Below, piece by piece: positions 35,413 to 45,379 of a DNA stretch of 64,000 bases (position 1 is the stretch's first letter; every line of letters starts with the position of its first letter). This DNA is from a virus. The translations under genes and the position numbers were made by a program. The notes below the pieces were generated by a model. The model was not told where the DNA came from. It was given only the letters and a program-made list of their open reading frames with translations, and did not search any database. The stretch spans positions 1 to 64,000 of the IMG/VR virus record IMGVR_UViG_3300042870_001850; one strand, given 5' to 3'.

Positions 35413-36095
35413 TGAGCGCGAAAAGTGCACGTAAAGAAATCGCTCTTCTCTATGCAAGAGTGTCTACGCAGATGCAAGTCAATGATGGAATGTCACTCGA
35501 TGCGCAAGAAAGAGATCTTAAAAGAGCAGCAGAGCACGCAGGTTTTACTGAGTTTGAAATACTGCGCGAAGAAGGTCGATCAGGCAAATCAATCAAAGGA
35601 CGCCCCGTTTTAAGTGCGGCTTTAGCTAAACTCGACAAAGGTGAAGCAGCAGCTATCTTTGTTACTCGTATTGACAGACTCGCAAGATCGACTCAAGACT
35701 TTCTTAGCATTGTCGACAGAGCAAACAGCAACAACTGGCGTATTGTAATGCTCGATCTCAATTTAGATACAGCGTCGTACCAGGGAAGATTTGTTGTAAC
35801 AATCATGAGTGCACTTGCAGAAATGGAACGCGCTATCATTGCTGAACGTCAAAAAGACGTGCACAGAGACCGCAGAGAAAAAGGAAAGGTTTGGGGTGTT
35901 GACCTTGGCTTAAAGACAAAAGTATCTGCTGAAGTCAGACTGCAAATCTCAGAGTACAGAAGTCTTGGCATGTCGTATGGCAAGATAGCAGAAAAGCTCA
36001 ATGAAGAGAATATCCCACCGACGCGTGGAGCTAAGTGGTACGCATCGACTATTCACAGCTTGGTGAACAATCTAAAAGACAAAGGATCTATTTAG
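35412..36095 (+). CDS. serine recombinase (resolvase family with short C-terminal recombinase domain)
   Basis: YARVST..Q, SGK, RP, RIDRLARS, ALAEMER. Confidence 0.92.
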   Translation: MSAKSARKEIALLYARVSTQMQVNDGMSLDAQERDLKRAAEHAGFTEFEILREEGRSGKSIKGRPVLSAALAKLDKGEAAAIFVTRIDRLARSTQDFLSIVDRANSNNWRIVMLDLNLDTASYQGRFVVTIMSALAEMERAIIAERQKDVHRDRREKGKVWGVDLGLKTKVSAEVRLQISEYRSLGMSYGKIAEKLNEENIPPTRGAKWYASTIHSLVNNLKDKGSI

Positions 36096-36846
36096 ATTCC
36101 ATTTTCTTGCGAATCTCTGTTGCAGAAATAGCTTCAATGTCGGCACCAAGCTCTACTTGCTCAATCTTGTAACCAACGTCGCGTCCATAAACAATGTTTG
36201 TAATGTTTGGCATCATTGTCACAAAAGCATCTGGAAGATCTTCTAAGATTAGCTCTTTCACTCTGGTATACTCAAATGGATCTTTATCGGACACTCCGCC
36301 AGTATCTCGTACGCCGATAACAACTTGATTGCCACGCTTCTTTGCTTCTTCGTAGAGTGCTCTGTGACCAGCGTGCCACGGCTGGTATCGGCCAAGCATA
36401 AGCGTTGTTGGCGCTTTCCAGCAATGTATCTTCATTAGATTAAAACAAAGATCGCCTTCTTGCTTTACAGTAAGGCCGTTGTTAATCTTTAAGTCGTACT
36501 CGTCTATAGAAAGATCTTGCCACATGCGGTTCGTGTCTTCATAGCGACCTTCGTCAATTCTGTTTACCCAGAACGTGAAGTCGGCTTTGCCAAACACCTT
36601 ACGAGTTTCTTTTGTCGGACATACAAAGTCTACAATACATAGCTTATCTTGAGAGCTAATCAAACGCGCAATTGCGCCAAGTCTGCGAGCCTGCTCTAAA
36701 CGGTCTGTTGTTGTAAAGCCTAGGTCGCTACTGAGATCAGCACGTACAACATCCGCGTTGAGATGAATTGCTCCGCTTCGAGCTACAAGTTCTTCCGCTA
36801 GTGCAGTTTTACCTGCGCCCGGCAGACCTACAATTAAAATGATCAC
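36088..36846 (-). CDS. cysC: adenylyl-sulfate kinase fused to an HxGH nucleotidyltransferase domain
   Basis: GLPGAGKT, LNADVVR..LSSDLGF...DR.EQARR; C-terminal GRYQPWHAGH, ISATEIR. Confidence 0.75.
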   Translation of the reverse strand: MIILIVGLPGAGKTALAEELVARSGAIHLNADVVRADLSSDLGFTTTDRLEQARRLGAIARLISSQDKLCIVDFVCPTKETRKVFGKADFTFWVNRIDEGRYEDTNRMWQDLSIDEYDLKINNGLTVKQEGDLCFNLMKIHCWKAPTTLMLGRYQPWHAGHRALYEEAKKRGNQVVIGVRDTGGVSDKDPFEYTRVKELILEDLPDAFVTMMPNITNIVYGRDVGYKIEQVELGADIEAISATEIRKKMESK

Positions 36847-37047
36847 TGCTGCTCCAAAGGGACAAGGTTGAGTTGGGCGGGCGAATCATTTGCCGTGCCT
36901 CGGCCCACCCAACTCTAAACGTCTCTCTCCCAAGACGTTACACCTATGATTAGAATAGTATCTTGACTTGGCGGCAGAAAGTGTAATTGCCAACAAGATT
37001 TATAAATAGACGACGGCGGCAGCAACATAGCGTGTCTTTGGTCCTGA

Positions 37048-37800
37048 CTACTTAAAGTAGTACCCACCGGACTCCCATTTGGCATAGCGTTTAGCGTCTT
37101 CATCCATGCTGGAGAAAATAGTAGACGCATCGGGTTGAAGATCTTCTTGATCCTTGTGAGCGTAGTTGTTACAGTAGTGCCCGATGATCGACATGCGAGT
37201 TGCGTCTTTCTTTTGAGGAATAGTTCCACGGTGGACAAGGCGACCGTGCCACACAAGAACATCGCCACGCTTTGCTAAGAAAGTAAAAGTCTCTCCTTTG
37301 CGCTTTTCAATTTCTTCAAGTAAGTACTCATAAGATCCATAGGTGCCTTCATAGACGTTATCGCCAATGGCATAGAGCTTTGCAAAATCAAGATCCCATA
37401 AATGAGATCCAATGATTAACTCGAACGGACCAGACTCTGGAGTCACGTCTTCAAGAGCAACCCAAACGCCAATATAGTTTTCTGCAGCGATCTCGTTATC
37501 CAGCGCTGAGTCGTGGTGCCACCCCATCGTCGTTGATGTCCCGTAAGTGCGACTCGAGTGAAGGGCCACTCCTCGGTTGATCTCAGCAAAGACTTCGTGA
37601 ATGCTTGAGTGACAAAGAATATCCATAATCTCCGTATGCTCAAGGTACGAGTCCCACTTATTCCACCCGACAAGAAGACCTTGTTCGTCACGAACATCGC
37701 CAACCTCGGCATGCCACTTGTCTTCGTACTTCTTTAGAAGCTCTTCAGGTATGGAGTTCTGTAAAACAAAAAATCCATTGTCTTCGTAAAACTTATTCAT
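37048..37800 (-). CDS. PhyH-family 2OG-Fe(II) dioxygenase
   Basis: WHHD, VWVALED, SGPF..IIGSH, GDVLVWHGRLVHRG; paralog of 22310. Confidence 0.85.
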   Translation of the reverse strand: MNKFYEDNGFFVLQNSIPEELLKKYEDKWHAEVGDVRDEQGLLVGWNKWDSYLEHTEIMDILCHSSIHEVFAEINRGVALHSSRTYGTSTTMGWHHDSALDNEIAAENYIGVWVALEDVTPESGPFELIIGSHLWDLDFAKLYAIGDNVYEGTYGSYEYLLEEIEKRKGETFTFLAKRGDVLVWHGRLVHRGTIPQKKDATRMSIIGHYCNNYAHKDQEDLQPDASTIFSSMDEDAKRYAKWESGGYYFK

Positions 37801-37979
37801 TAGTTCTCGTTATCTCTGTAATAACTTTAATTATAAACTGTTCTACAGTAGTACCAGTGACTGCCGCGGCAGTTTCCATTAAACGGATCTCTTCAGATGT
37901 GAGACGAACTACAGCAAACTTTTTGCCAGTTTTAGCAGAGCGAAACACAAGGCGGTGTCGTCTAATCTTCATTTAGAAC

Positions 37980-40622
37980 TCACGACCCTCTCGCAAATCT
38001 ATTTGCAATGCCCCAGTCGACTTCACCAGTTGGCACAGCTCTAGGCAGCAGCAGTCTGCCTTGAATCTGTGCTCGTGAACCAACACCGTCCACTTCAATA
38101 CCACGCTCTGAAATCTTGCGTTGAAACGCAATTTGAGTCATTGGTCGTTCACCACGCTCATCGCTCCACGCGCGATACACTGCGTATAGCGACTTAACAG
38201 GAGTGGCAGCGCCTTCTACTTCTTTAGTTTCTTCGCCCAAGAAGATACCAATGCGGTCTTCGTTTTTTCGATAGATGTCAGATGCTTCGCTAACTGCTTT
38301 GCACCAACCTAAACCATCGCGCGCGCTTGAACCAAGTAGCTTTATTGCACCTTCAACTGCCCATGAAAGTACTGCAGGCAGTCCACCTTCCGGATCAAAG
38401 ATGTAATGCTTGAGATCTGGATCTGGACTCTCAGGCACGCACGTAAGAGGAACTGGGCGGATACGACGCCACATAGCATCGTCAGTAATGATTGGTCTGT
38501 GGTTAGTTGTAATCCAAAGCTTAGCACGCGATTGAAATGTAAAAGGCTTTTCGCCTGGTGATCTTGCTGAGATTTCGCTCGAGCCTGTTAGCTTCTTAAT
38601 AGAGTTTTCTTTGATTCGTTCGCCGTCTGGTAATTCGTCAACCCAGACAAATCTACGACCGCGCAGCTCAGCCCAGTGATAAAGATCTGAGCCATGCGAT
38701 TGCCCATCATTTTGAGCAAGAATACTAGAATCAAGAGGCCATGCGTATTGCGATGTTCCCATTGCTTTTACGAGAGCTTCGACCAGTGTGTTCTTACCAG
38801 ATCCAGGAGGACCATAGACTAAAAACATCACGTCATAAGTACGTAAACCAGTTAGTGAGTATCCGGCAGCGCGTTGCAACCACTCTTGCAATTCTTTATC
38901 GCCGCCAGTTGCAAAGTCAATAAACTGTTCCCAACGCACATTACGAATTCCAGGATTGTATGCAACAGGCGCACGGCGAGTGATATAAAGATCAGGACGA
39001 CCTTTAAGTAGCTCACCTGTTCGCAAGTCAATTACACCATTTGATACGCCCATAAGCGTTTCGTCGCTGTCCCAAGTGTCAACACCTACAAGTACGCGTG
39101 GGTCAGATGTAGCACTTTCTATTGTGCCGTTTATCCGTGAGTTAGATTTTGCTTGCTGAGCCCACTTAATAACTTCTGATTGCTTATCGGCATCGTCAAG
39201 ATAGTGAACAACTTCACTTGCAATAACTGGAGCAACCTTTTTAGAAAGTTCACGCATCTCGAGATTTTCAACATCAGGTTTCCAGTATCCACCGTCCCAG
39301 TGAAACCAACCAAGCCCTGGTGTATATCTAATTGCTGGACCAAAAGAGTCAACCATTCGGCGACCATTGCCAGTGTCAGTAAGTGACCGCTTGCCCGGAT
39401 CTCCACCTTCATCTTCGCTAAGCGCGTCAGGGTCAAGAGGAACATCGATATTATTGAGCTTACTAGCCGCAGCAATAGAATCGCCGTCTTCAACCGACGA
39501 TTGAATTGTTCCACCGATTGTTCCAGGGAATGAAGTACTATGCGAAGGCGACTGTTGTTCTAGTTTTGGTTTAGAAGACAGAGATGATTTTGGTTTGCCT
39601 AGTGTAGCGCTTGAAGACCGAGACTCTTCTTGCGACTTGTTGGCCCACTCTTGAAGACCAGGCCAGAGACGTTCTGTTTTTGGATTATCAAGAACAAACT
39701 GAATTGCACGACGCACGTGCATCAGCAGACTGTTGGGTCCTTCTAGTTCCATTGGCGGACGAACTTTTTCAGCATTGAAACGAATCATCATTGTCTCAAC
39801 AGCAAGTCGTCCTGCTTCAGTGTTTACTGGAAACTTATTCGCAAGTGCACAAGCCATTGCGTAAATGTCGATTGCACGTGAACCTTCTTCAATGCCTTCT
39901 GAAAGAAGACGGTCGATATCGACGCGCTCGCCTCCCCACTCCATGCTATCGAGGAATCCCCAATCGCCTTCCGAGTGAGAAGTACCGAGGCGGGCATTTT
40001 TCTTGCGAAGAGAAACTAGTAGTTCTTCCGGCGCTTGAGCAATTTCAATTTCCCAAGGAGCTTTCCCAGGGACCCATTCGTAACAAAGACCAGAAAAGTG
40101 TCGTGATGGCGCAATAAGAACATATCCATTGTGCTTAATGTCAATACCGCCAAGACCAGCTTTCTTTAAGTTGCCAACCAGTTGCTCTGACTCATCGCAC
40201 TTATAGAATAGGTGACGGCCGCGCTGAATCTTTCCACCCATGTTGTATTCGCCGGTAATAGCTTCAACTGTCGGTGGCAGTGCGCCTTCAACTAGAGCTT
40301 CAAACTTTTCAAATGAATCAGGGCCACCAGCACGAGGATCAATGTCGATTACAAAGAATCCGCTAGGGCGGCAGAAAACGCTGACATTGCTTTCTGGCGC
40401 TACTTCCCACCAACGAGCTACAGCAGCAGGATCCGAAGTTGCTTGAGTGTTCCATTCGGCGATACTCGGGTGCTTGCCTACGTCTTTTGGTTCGGCATGG
40501 GTTCCACCGCACGTGCACCGTCCATTGATAATTCCGTAACATGGGAGAATCTGCCAACCCGTGGACGCATACCAGTCTGCTGCGGGGCCAAGTCTGCCTT
40601 GCGCTGAATCCCAAGCGGACAT
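37980..40622 (-). CDS. bifunctional Prim-Pol primase plus D5/P4-type SF3 helicase
   Basis: GKHP, IDID, GRHLFY, GYVLIAPS; TDTGNGRR, GPPGSGKNT, IKKLTG, WRRI. Confidence 0.92.
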   Translation of the reverse strand: MSAWDSAQGRLGPAADWYASTGWQILPCYGIINGRCTCGGTHAEPKDVGKHPSIAEWNTQATSDPAAVARWWEVAPESNVSVFCRPSGFFVIDIDPRAGGPDSFEKFEALVEGALPPTVEAITGEYNMGGKIQRGRHLFYKCDESEQLVGNLKKAGLGGIDIKHNGYVLIAPSRHFSGLCYEWVPGKAPWEIEIAQAPEELLVSLRKKNARLGTSHSEGDWGFLDSMEWGGERVDIDRLLSEGIEEGSRAIDIYAMACALANKFPVNTEAGRLAVETMMIRFNAEKVRPPMELEGPNSLLMHVRRAIQFVLDNPKTERLWPGLQEWANKSQEESRSSSATLGKPKSSLSSKPKLEQQSPSHSTSFPGTIGGTIQSSVEDGDSIAAASKLNNIDVPLDPDALSEDEGGDPGKRSLTDTGNGRRMVDSFGPAIRYTPGLGWFHWDGGYWKPDVENLEMRELSKKVAPVIASEVVHYLDDADKQSEVIKWAQQAKSNSRINGTIESATSDPRVLVGVDTWDSDETLMGVSNGVIDLRTGELLKGRPDLYITRRAPVAYNPGIRNVRWEQFIDFATGGDKELQEWLQRAAGYSLTGLRTYDVMFLVYGPPGSGKNTLVEALVKAMGTSQYAWPLDSSILAQNDGQSHGSDLYHWAELRGRRFVWVDELPDGERIKENSIKKLTGSSEISARSPGEKPFTFQSRAKLWITTNHRPIITDDAMWRRIRPVPLTCVPESPDPDLKHYIFDPEGGLPAVLSWAVEGAIKLLGSSARDGLGWCKAVSEASDIYRKNEDRIGIFLGEETKEVEGAATPVKSLYAVYRAWSDERGERPMTQIAFQRKISERGIEVDGVGSRAQIQGRLLLPRAVPTGEVDWGIANRFARGS

Positions 40623-40878
40623 CTAAAGATAGCCTTTTTCAGTGATGTCTTCTACTATGCTTATGTCGTTCATGGCGTTACTTTCAGATGGAGAGAGATT
40701 GCAAAAAAGCGTAACGCTGTCAATATAACTTACGACCCTATTGAATGACGTGATGCAGTGCAACTTTTTGTTTTTTCTTACAAGATTTAGGTAGCAATAA
40801 TACCACAAGAGTCATGTACAAGGCATGCTGTATGGTGTACTATTTATATTTCAGTACACTGTATAGTTACAGGTACAA

Positions 40879-41157
40879 GTGACAAACATACTCACACCTA
40901 CACAGCAGGAGAATTCTATGGGATCGTTGTTTGACGAAATAAAAGAACAAAAGTCAAAGCAAGGCAACAGATCAAGAATCGCAGAGATTCTAGATTCAAT
41001 GCCAGACCCAGATAGAAAAGATCTACTAAAAGCGCTCAATGATCATAGCATTCCTGCATCAAACATTTCCAAAGCTTTATTAAAGCATGGACATAAGCTA
41101 GCAATCAATGTTATTAGTCGCTATCGTCGTGGAGAATTGACGACGGAAATCAAATGA
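40879..41157 (+). CDS. small HTH-like protein
   Basis: ORF track; ISRYRRG; coupled to the phosphoesterase. Confidence 0.65.
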   Translation: MTNILTPTQQENSMGSLFDEIKEQKSKQGNRSRIAEILDSMPDPDRKDLLKALNDHSIPASNISKALLKHGHKLAINVISRYRRGELTTEIK

Positions 41158-42152
41158 GCCTTTCTGACGATATAAATAAGGAAGAAGAAATATCAGAGCT
41201 TAGAAGAGCTCTAAAAGCTTCTCAACAAGCGGAATACAAAGCCAAACGAAAAACAGAGGCTCTTGTAGATGCAGTATACACGGCCGCAAAAGAGTCCGTT
41301 CTTGCTTGCGGAAATGGAAAAGCGCAAAAAATAGCTATTCCACCTAAAGATCCTCGCAAAGCAAAGGCTGAAGTTGCACTAGTTCATGCGACGGACTGGC
41401 AGAATGGAAAGCTCACAACTACTTATAACATTCAAAAGTGCTCTGATCGCATGGAGCAACTTGCTGCCAAAGTTATAGAGCTTACAACTGTTCAAAGAAG
41501 CCACCACCCAGTTCGTGAATGCACCGTCATGTTTGGCGGTGACATGGTCGAAGGTATTTCAATTTTCCCTGGACAAGCTTGGGAAGTAGAAGCTCACATA
41601 TTTGAACAGCTTTTTGAGACTGTCCGCATTGAGGAATCAATGATTAGAACTTTTGCTGCATTCTTTGACAAAGTAAACGTTGTATGCGAGTTTGGTAACC
41701 ACGGACGACTAGGCCGTAAAGGTGAAATGCCAGCAAATGACAATATTGATGCAATCAGCTATCGCATCGCGCAGGATCGCACAAAAGATCTAAAAAATGT
41801 TACTTGGCAAATGTCCCCTGACTGGTATCAAATGGTGACAATTGGAAATTATAAAGCTATGCTCGTGCACGGTGACGAATGCCGAGGCATGTCAGGAATT
41901 CTTCGTAAGGCAAATGCATGGGCAACTGGCGTCGTTGAACCGTTTCAAGACGTGTACATGGGTCACTTCCACACGCCGACAACAATGACAATGGCTAATG
42001 CTGGACGAGTGTTCATCACTGGCTCTCCAGAATCTCACAATGAGTACGCTCGTGAAGTCATTGCAGCTGTCGGTAAGCCATCTCAGCGGTTGCATTTTAT
42101 TGACCCAATAAAAGGCAGAGTAACTGCAGAGTACACAATCTGGTTGGAATAG
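41154..42152 (+). CDS. calcineurin-like metallophosphoesterase
   Basis: TDWQ, GGDMVEG, GNHG, HGD, GHFH. Confidence 0.85.
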   Translation: MSLSDDINKEEEISELRRALKASQQAEYKAKRKTEALVDAVYTAAKESVLACGNGKAQKIAIPPKDPRKAKAEVALVHATDWQNGKLTTTYNIQKCSDRMEQLAAKVIELTTVQRSHHPVRECTVMFGGDMVEGISIFPGQAWEVEAHIFEQLFETVRIEESMIRTFAAFFDKVNVVCEFGNHGRLGRKGEMPANDNIDAISYRIAQDRTKDLKNVTWQMSPDWYQMVTIGNYKAMLVHGDECRGMSGILRKANAWATGVVEPFQDVYMGHFHTPTTMTMANAGRVFITGSPESHNEYAREVIAAVGKPSQRLHFIDPIKGRVTAEYTIWLE

Positions 42153-42190
42153 TAAACGCAGTAGATCCTAAATAGGTGTATGATAACTAA

Positions 42191-42556
42191 GTGGGAATCT
42201 TAAAGCCGCGTAATACGACTAAAAAGAAGACAGTGCTGAAGAACGCAGAAGCACTATTATCAGAAAAAATAGAGCAAGGTTACGACACAGATCTAGCAAG
42301 AATTGGTGTCTCATGGTCTGGTATTTTGGATCTAGAAGGACCAATTGCCGCATCTGAGGTAGCAGCAATGCTCGCAAGCGCTTCTCTAATTAGAGCAACA
42401 ACTCTTGTTGACTCAGAGGAGCATTGGACAAGCGCGGCGGCATTTTCTGCGCTTGGGCACACCGTTGAGCTTGACGTTCGACCGCCTCTAGATACTGAAA
42501 ATCCCGACGACGAAAAAATGTCTAATCCAATTGGCTTTGTACCGCAAAGTGAATAA
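42191..42556 (+). CDS. divergent DUF6378-like protein
   Basis: ARIG..WS..L...I...EVAAML...R......EHW...AAF.ALG. Confidence 0.5.
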   Translation: MGILKPRNTTKKKTVLKNAEALLSEKIEQGYDTDLARIGVSWSGILDLEGPIAASEVAAMLASASLIRATTLVDSEEHWTSAAAFSALGHTVELDVRPPLDTENPDDEKMSNPIGFVPQSE

Positions 42557-42617
42557 GCACTACAATCACTTTTGCTTTTATTTGATAAAATCCAACCAGA
42601 TCTAGATTGGAGACTAC

Positions 42618-43355
42618 GTGCCTTGGCCTAATGACGTTGTCACAAGAACTGTAACGGGCACGTATTTGACGCCGCAAGGAAATGCTGCTGTCGGACGAGT
42701 CACTTTTACTCCAACAGCCAGAATTGTAGATATCAATGATGACGTTATTATTGAAGACACTATTACGGCAACTTTATCTGCATCAGGGGTATTTACAGTA
42801 AGTCTTCCGACAACTGATAATACTCTACTGAGCCCGCAAGGTTGGGCGTACCAAGTTAACGTCCGACTTCGCGGTGTCAAACCACAGAAGTTTTACGCGT
42901 TTCTTCCACTAGGTGACGGTTCTAGTGTAGATCTAAACCAAGAGCTAAGCGGATCTGCTACAGTCACAGACGCAACAGCGCCAACGTCTGTTAGAGGCCC
43001 TATCGGCCCTAGAGGACCGGGAACTGTCACCGGAATTGGCCTTCCAACATACGTGATTGGTCAAGATGGGGACATCTACATTGACACAGATACTGGCTAC
43101 TACTACGGACCAAAAACTGCCGGCGAGTGGCCTGGGGTTCCATTTTTTACCGCAGGTGCAACTCAAAGACACATTCATACGCAGGCTTCAGTTTCTGCAA
43201 CATGGACAATCACACATGTTCTTGGCGGAAAACCTTCTGTGTCAGTAGTAGACTCTTCTGGAACTGTAGTGGTTGGAGAAGTAAGATATGATAGCAATAC
43301 AGTAGTGACAGTTTTGTTCACTACTCCATTTTCAGGATACGCGTACCTTACGTAG
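42618..43355 (+). CDS. virion structural / minor tail protein
   Basis: Short Gly-X-Y stretch, GQDGDIYID...YGPK, WTITHVLG..PSV. Confidence 0.7.
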   Translation: MPWPNDVVTRTVTGTYLTPQGNAAVGRVTFTPTARIVDINDDVIIEDTITATLSASGVFTVSLPTTDNTLLSPQGWAYQVNVRLRGVKPQKFYAFLPLGDGSSVDLNQELSGSATVTDATAPTSVRGPIGPRGPGTVTGIGLPTYVIGQDGDIYIDTDTGYYYGPKTAGEWPGVPFFTAGATQRHIHTQASVSATWTITHVLGGKPSVSVVDSSGTVVVGEVRYDSNTVVTVLFTTPFSGYAYLT

Positions 43356-43384
43356 CTTGAATAGACAATAAGGAGTCGCTCCCC

Positions 43385-44869
43385 GTGGCACAAAAATTTG
43401 TTACAAACTTAGATCTTAATCAAAATCAACTTCTTAATGCCACATTTGAAGTGCTGTCGTCAAACCCTGAGTCAGGCAACTTTGAAGGTCGAATGATTTA
43501 CAACAGCACCACGGATTCTATCCTGGTGTACGGCAATGGCGCATGGCGCAAAGTCGTAAATAGCATTTCGTCTGGTGGCGGTGCGGGTATTGCTGAAGCC
43601 CTTACTGTTTCGGAATCAAATGGCGCTGTAACCCTTACGCTCCATGTCGCGGATACAGATAGCGCTGGTCTTCTTCCAGCCGCGATGTGGAACATGCTTA
43701 CTGATGCAACTGCTGATGCGACTTCTTCTAAATTGGTTAAAAGAGACGGAAGCGGTAACGCAAAAGTTGCCACACCAACAGACGCCGCACATATTGCAAC
43801 TAAAGGCTACGTAGACGCTGCCCGTCAAGGTCTTGATGTCAAGGCTTCAGTAAGAGCAGCCACCACTGCCGCGATTAACATTTCAACCGATCTTAATAAC
43901 GGCGACGTCATTGACGGTGTAACGCTTGTTACTGGTGACCGTGTTCTTGTTAAGAACCAAGGAACAGCTTCTGAAAATGGCATCTATGTGGTCACCGCTA
44001 CTGGTGCGGGTGCTCGTTCATCTGACGCAAACGGAACCGCCGATACTGGCGAACTTACAAGTGGAACCTTCACCTTCGTAGAAGAAGGAACCGTTAACTT
44101 TGACTCTGGTTTTGTCGTTTCAACCAATGGGACAATCACCGTCGGCACAACAGGCATTACTTGGACACAGTTTTCTGGCGCTGGCTCATTTGAAGCAGGG
44201 GATGGACTCTCAAAGAGTGGCACGACAGTAAATGTCAATGTAACCTCTAACAGAACAGCGATTACCGCAGACGCGATCGACATTTCAGCTAACTACGTTG
44301 GTCAGTCTTCAATCACGACCCTCGGAACAATCACCACTGGTACGTGGGACGCCACAACTGTAGCGGTTACTGCTGGTGGTACTGGTGTTGAGTCGTTTAC
44401 TGACAACGGCGTTGTTTATGGTAACGGAACAAGCGCACTTGATGTAACTGGTGCTGGAACGGAACATCAGGTTCTCCGTGCAGGCTCTGGTGGGGTTCCC
44501 GCCTTTGGTGCTGTTGACCTTTCGCAGACCGCCGCGACAACCAATTCACTCTTAATCTCACGAGGCGGAACCAATGCTTCCACAGAAGCAACCGCACGAA
44601 CAAACCTTGCCGCTGGTGGAACTCAGGGCGCTGGAGTAAGCACACCGGCACTTGCGCGCAAAGTTACAAAGGCTGTCGGCAACGGAGTAGATACTTCATT
44701 TACACTTGTTCACGCATTTAACACACGTGAAGTAATGGTTCAAGTGTACGATTCAGCTACCTACGACACAGTCATTACAGACGTTGTTCGTACCGATGCT
44801 AATACAGTTACAGTTGCATTCTCAGTTGCACCGACATCTAGCGCGTACACTGTCGTTGTGATAGGTTAA
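43385..44869 (+). CDS. tail fibre-like protein
   Basis: ATKGYVD, IDGVTL..GDRVLVKNQ...ENGIY, GGTG repeats. Confidence 0.8.
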   Translation: MAQKFVTNLDLNQNQLLNATFEVLSSNPESGNFEGRMIYNSTTDSILVYGNGAWRKVVNSISSGGGAGIAEALTVSESNGAVTLTLHVADTDSAGLLPAAMWNMLTDATADATSSKLVKRDGSGNAKVATPTDAAHIATKGYVDAARQGLDVKASVRAATTAAINISTDLNNGDVIDGVTLVTGDRVLVKNQGTASENGIYVVTATGAGARSSDANGTADTGELTSGTFTFVEEGTVNFDSGFVVSTNGTITVGTTGITWTQFSGAGSFEAGDGLSKSGTTVNVNVTSNRTAITADAIDISANYVGQSSITTLGTITTGTWDATTVAVTAGGTGVESFTDNGVVYGNGTSALDVTGAGTEHQVLRAGSGGVPAFGAVDLSQTAATTNSLLISRGGTNASTEATARTNLAAGGTQGAGVSTPALARKVTKAVGNGVDTSFTLVHAFNTREVMVQVYDSATYDTVITDVVRTDANTVTVAFSVAPTSSAYTVVVIG

Positions 44870-44926
44870 TTCATAGCACCTCGCGGGGTGCGAACTATAA
44901 AGAAAGAAACAGTTGAGGCTGTATCA

Positions 44927-45379
44927 ATGACAAGATTTGTTGGAACTCCGCTACGCGGAACTGAATTTGCTAACGCCGGTGATGAAGCTATCTCCGCCCG
45001 TGTTGGCACAGATTCGTATCCACGAGTACGCATTGATGCAGGCGGCAGGATTACATGGTCATCCGGAGCAGCAACTGGAGACACCACTTTATATAGAAGT
45101 GGCAGTGACACGTTAGTAACTGACGATGTCTTTAAGGCATTACAAGGCATAGTCACATTAGTAACAGACGGCGCGCCTACTCAAGCGCTGCCAAACGGTG
45201 CAATTGCAATTGACACTACCAACAGCATATTCTATTTTCGTTCAGAAAACACTTGGCAGCTAGTAAGCGGTGGTGGCTCTGTTACTGGAGACATAGACGG
45301 TGGAAATCATTTGAATGATATCCAAGAAGCAGAAGTAACTAACTACGTATTCGCGTCATTTGACGGAGAGGAGCTGTAA
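44927..45379 (+). CDS. virion structural protein
   Basis: ORF track (from 44888); GAGG RBS favours start at 44927. Confidence 0.65.
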   Translation: MTRFVGTPLRGTEFANAGDEAISARVGTDSYPRVRIDAGGRITWSSGAATGDTTLYRSGSDTLVTDDVFKALQGIVTLVTDGAPTQALPNGAIAIDTTNSIFYFRSENTWQLVSGGGSVTGDIDGGNHLNDIQEAEVTNYVFASFDGEEL

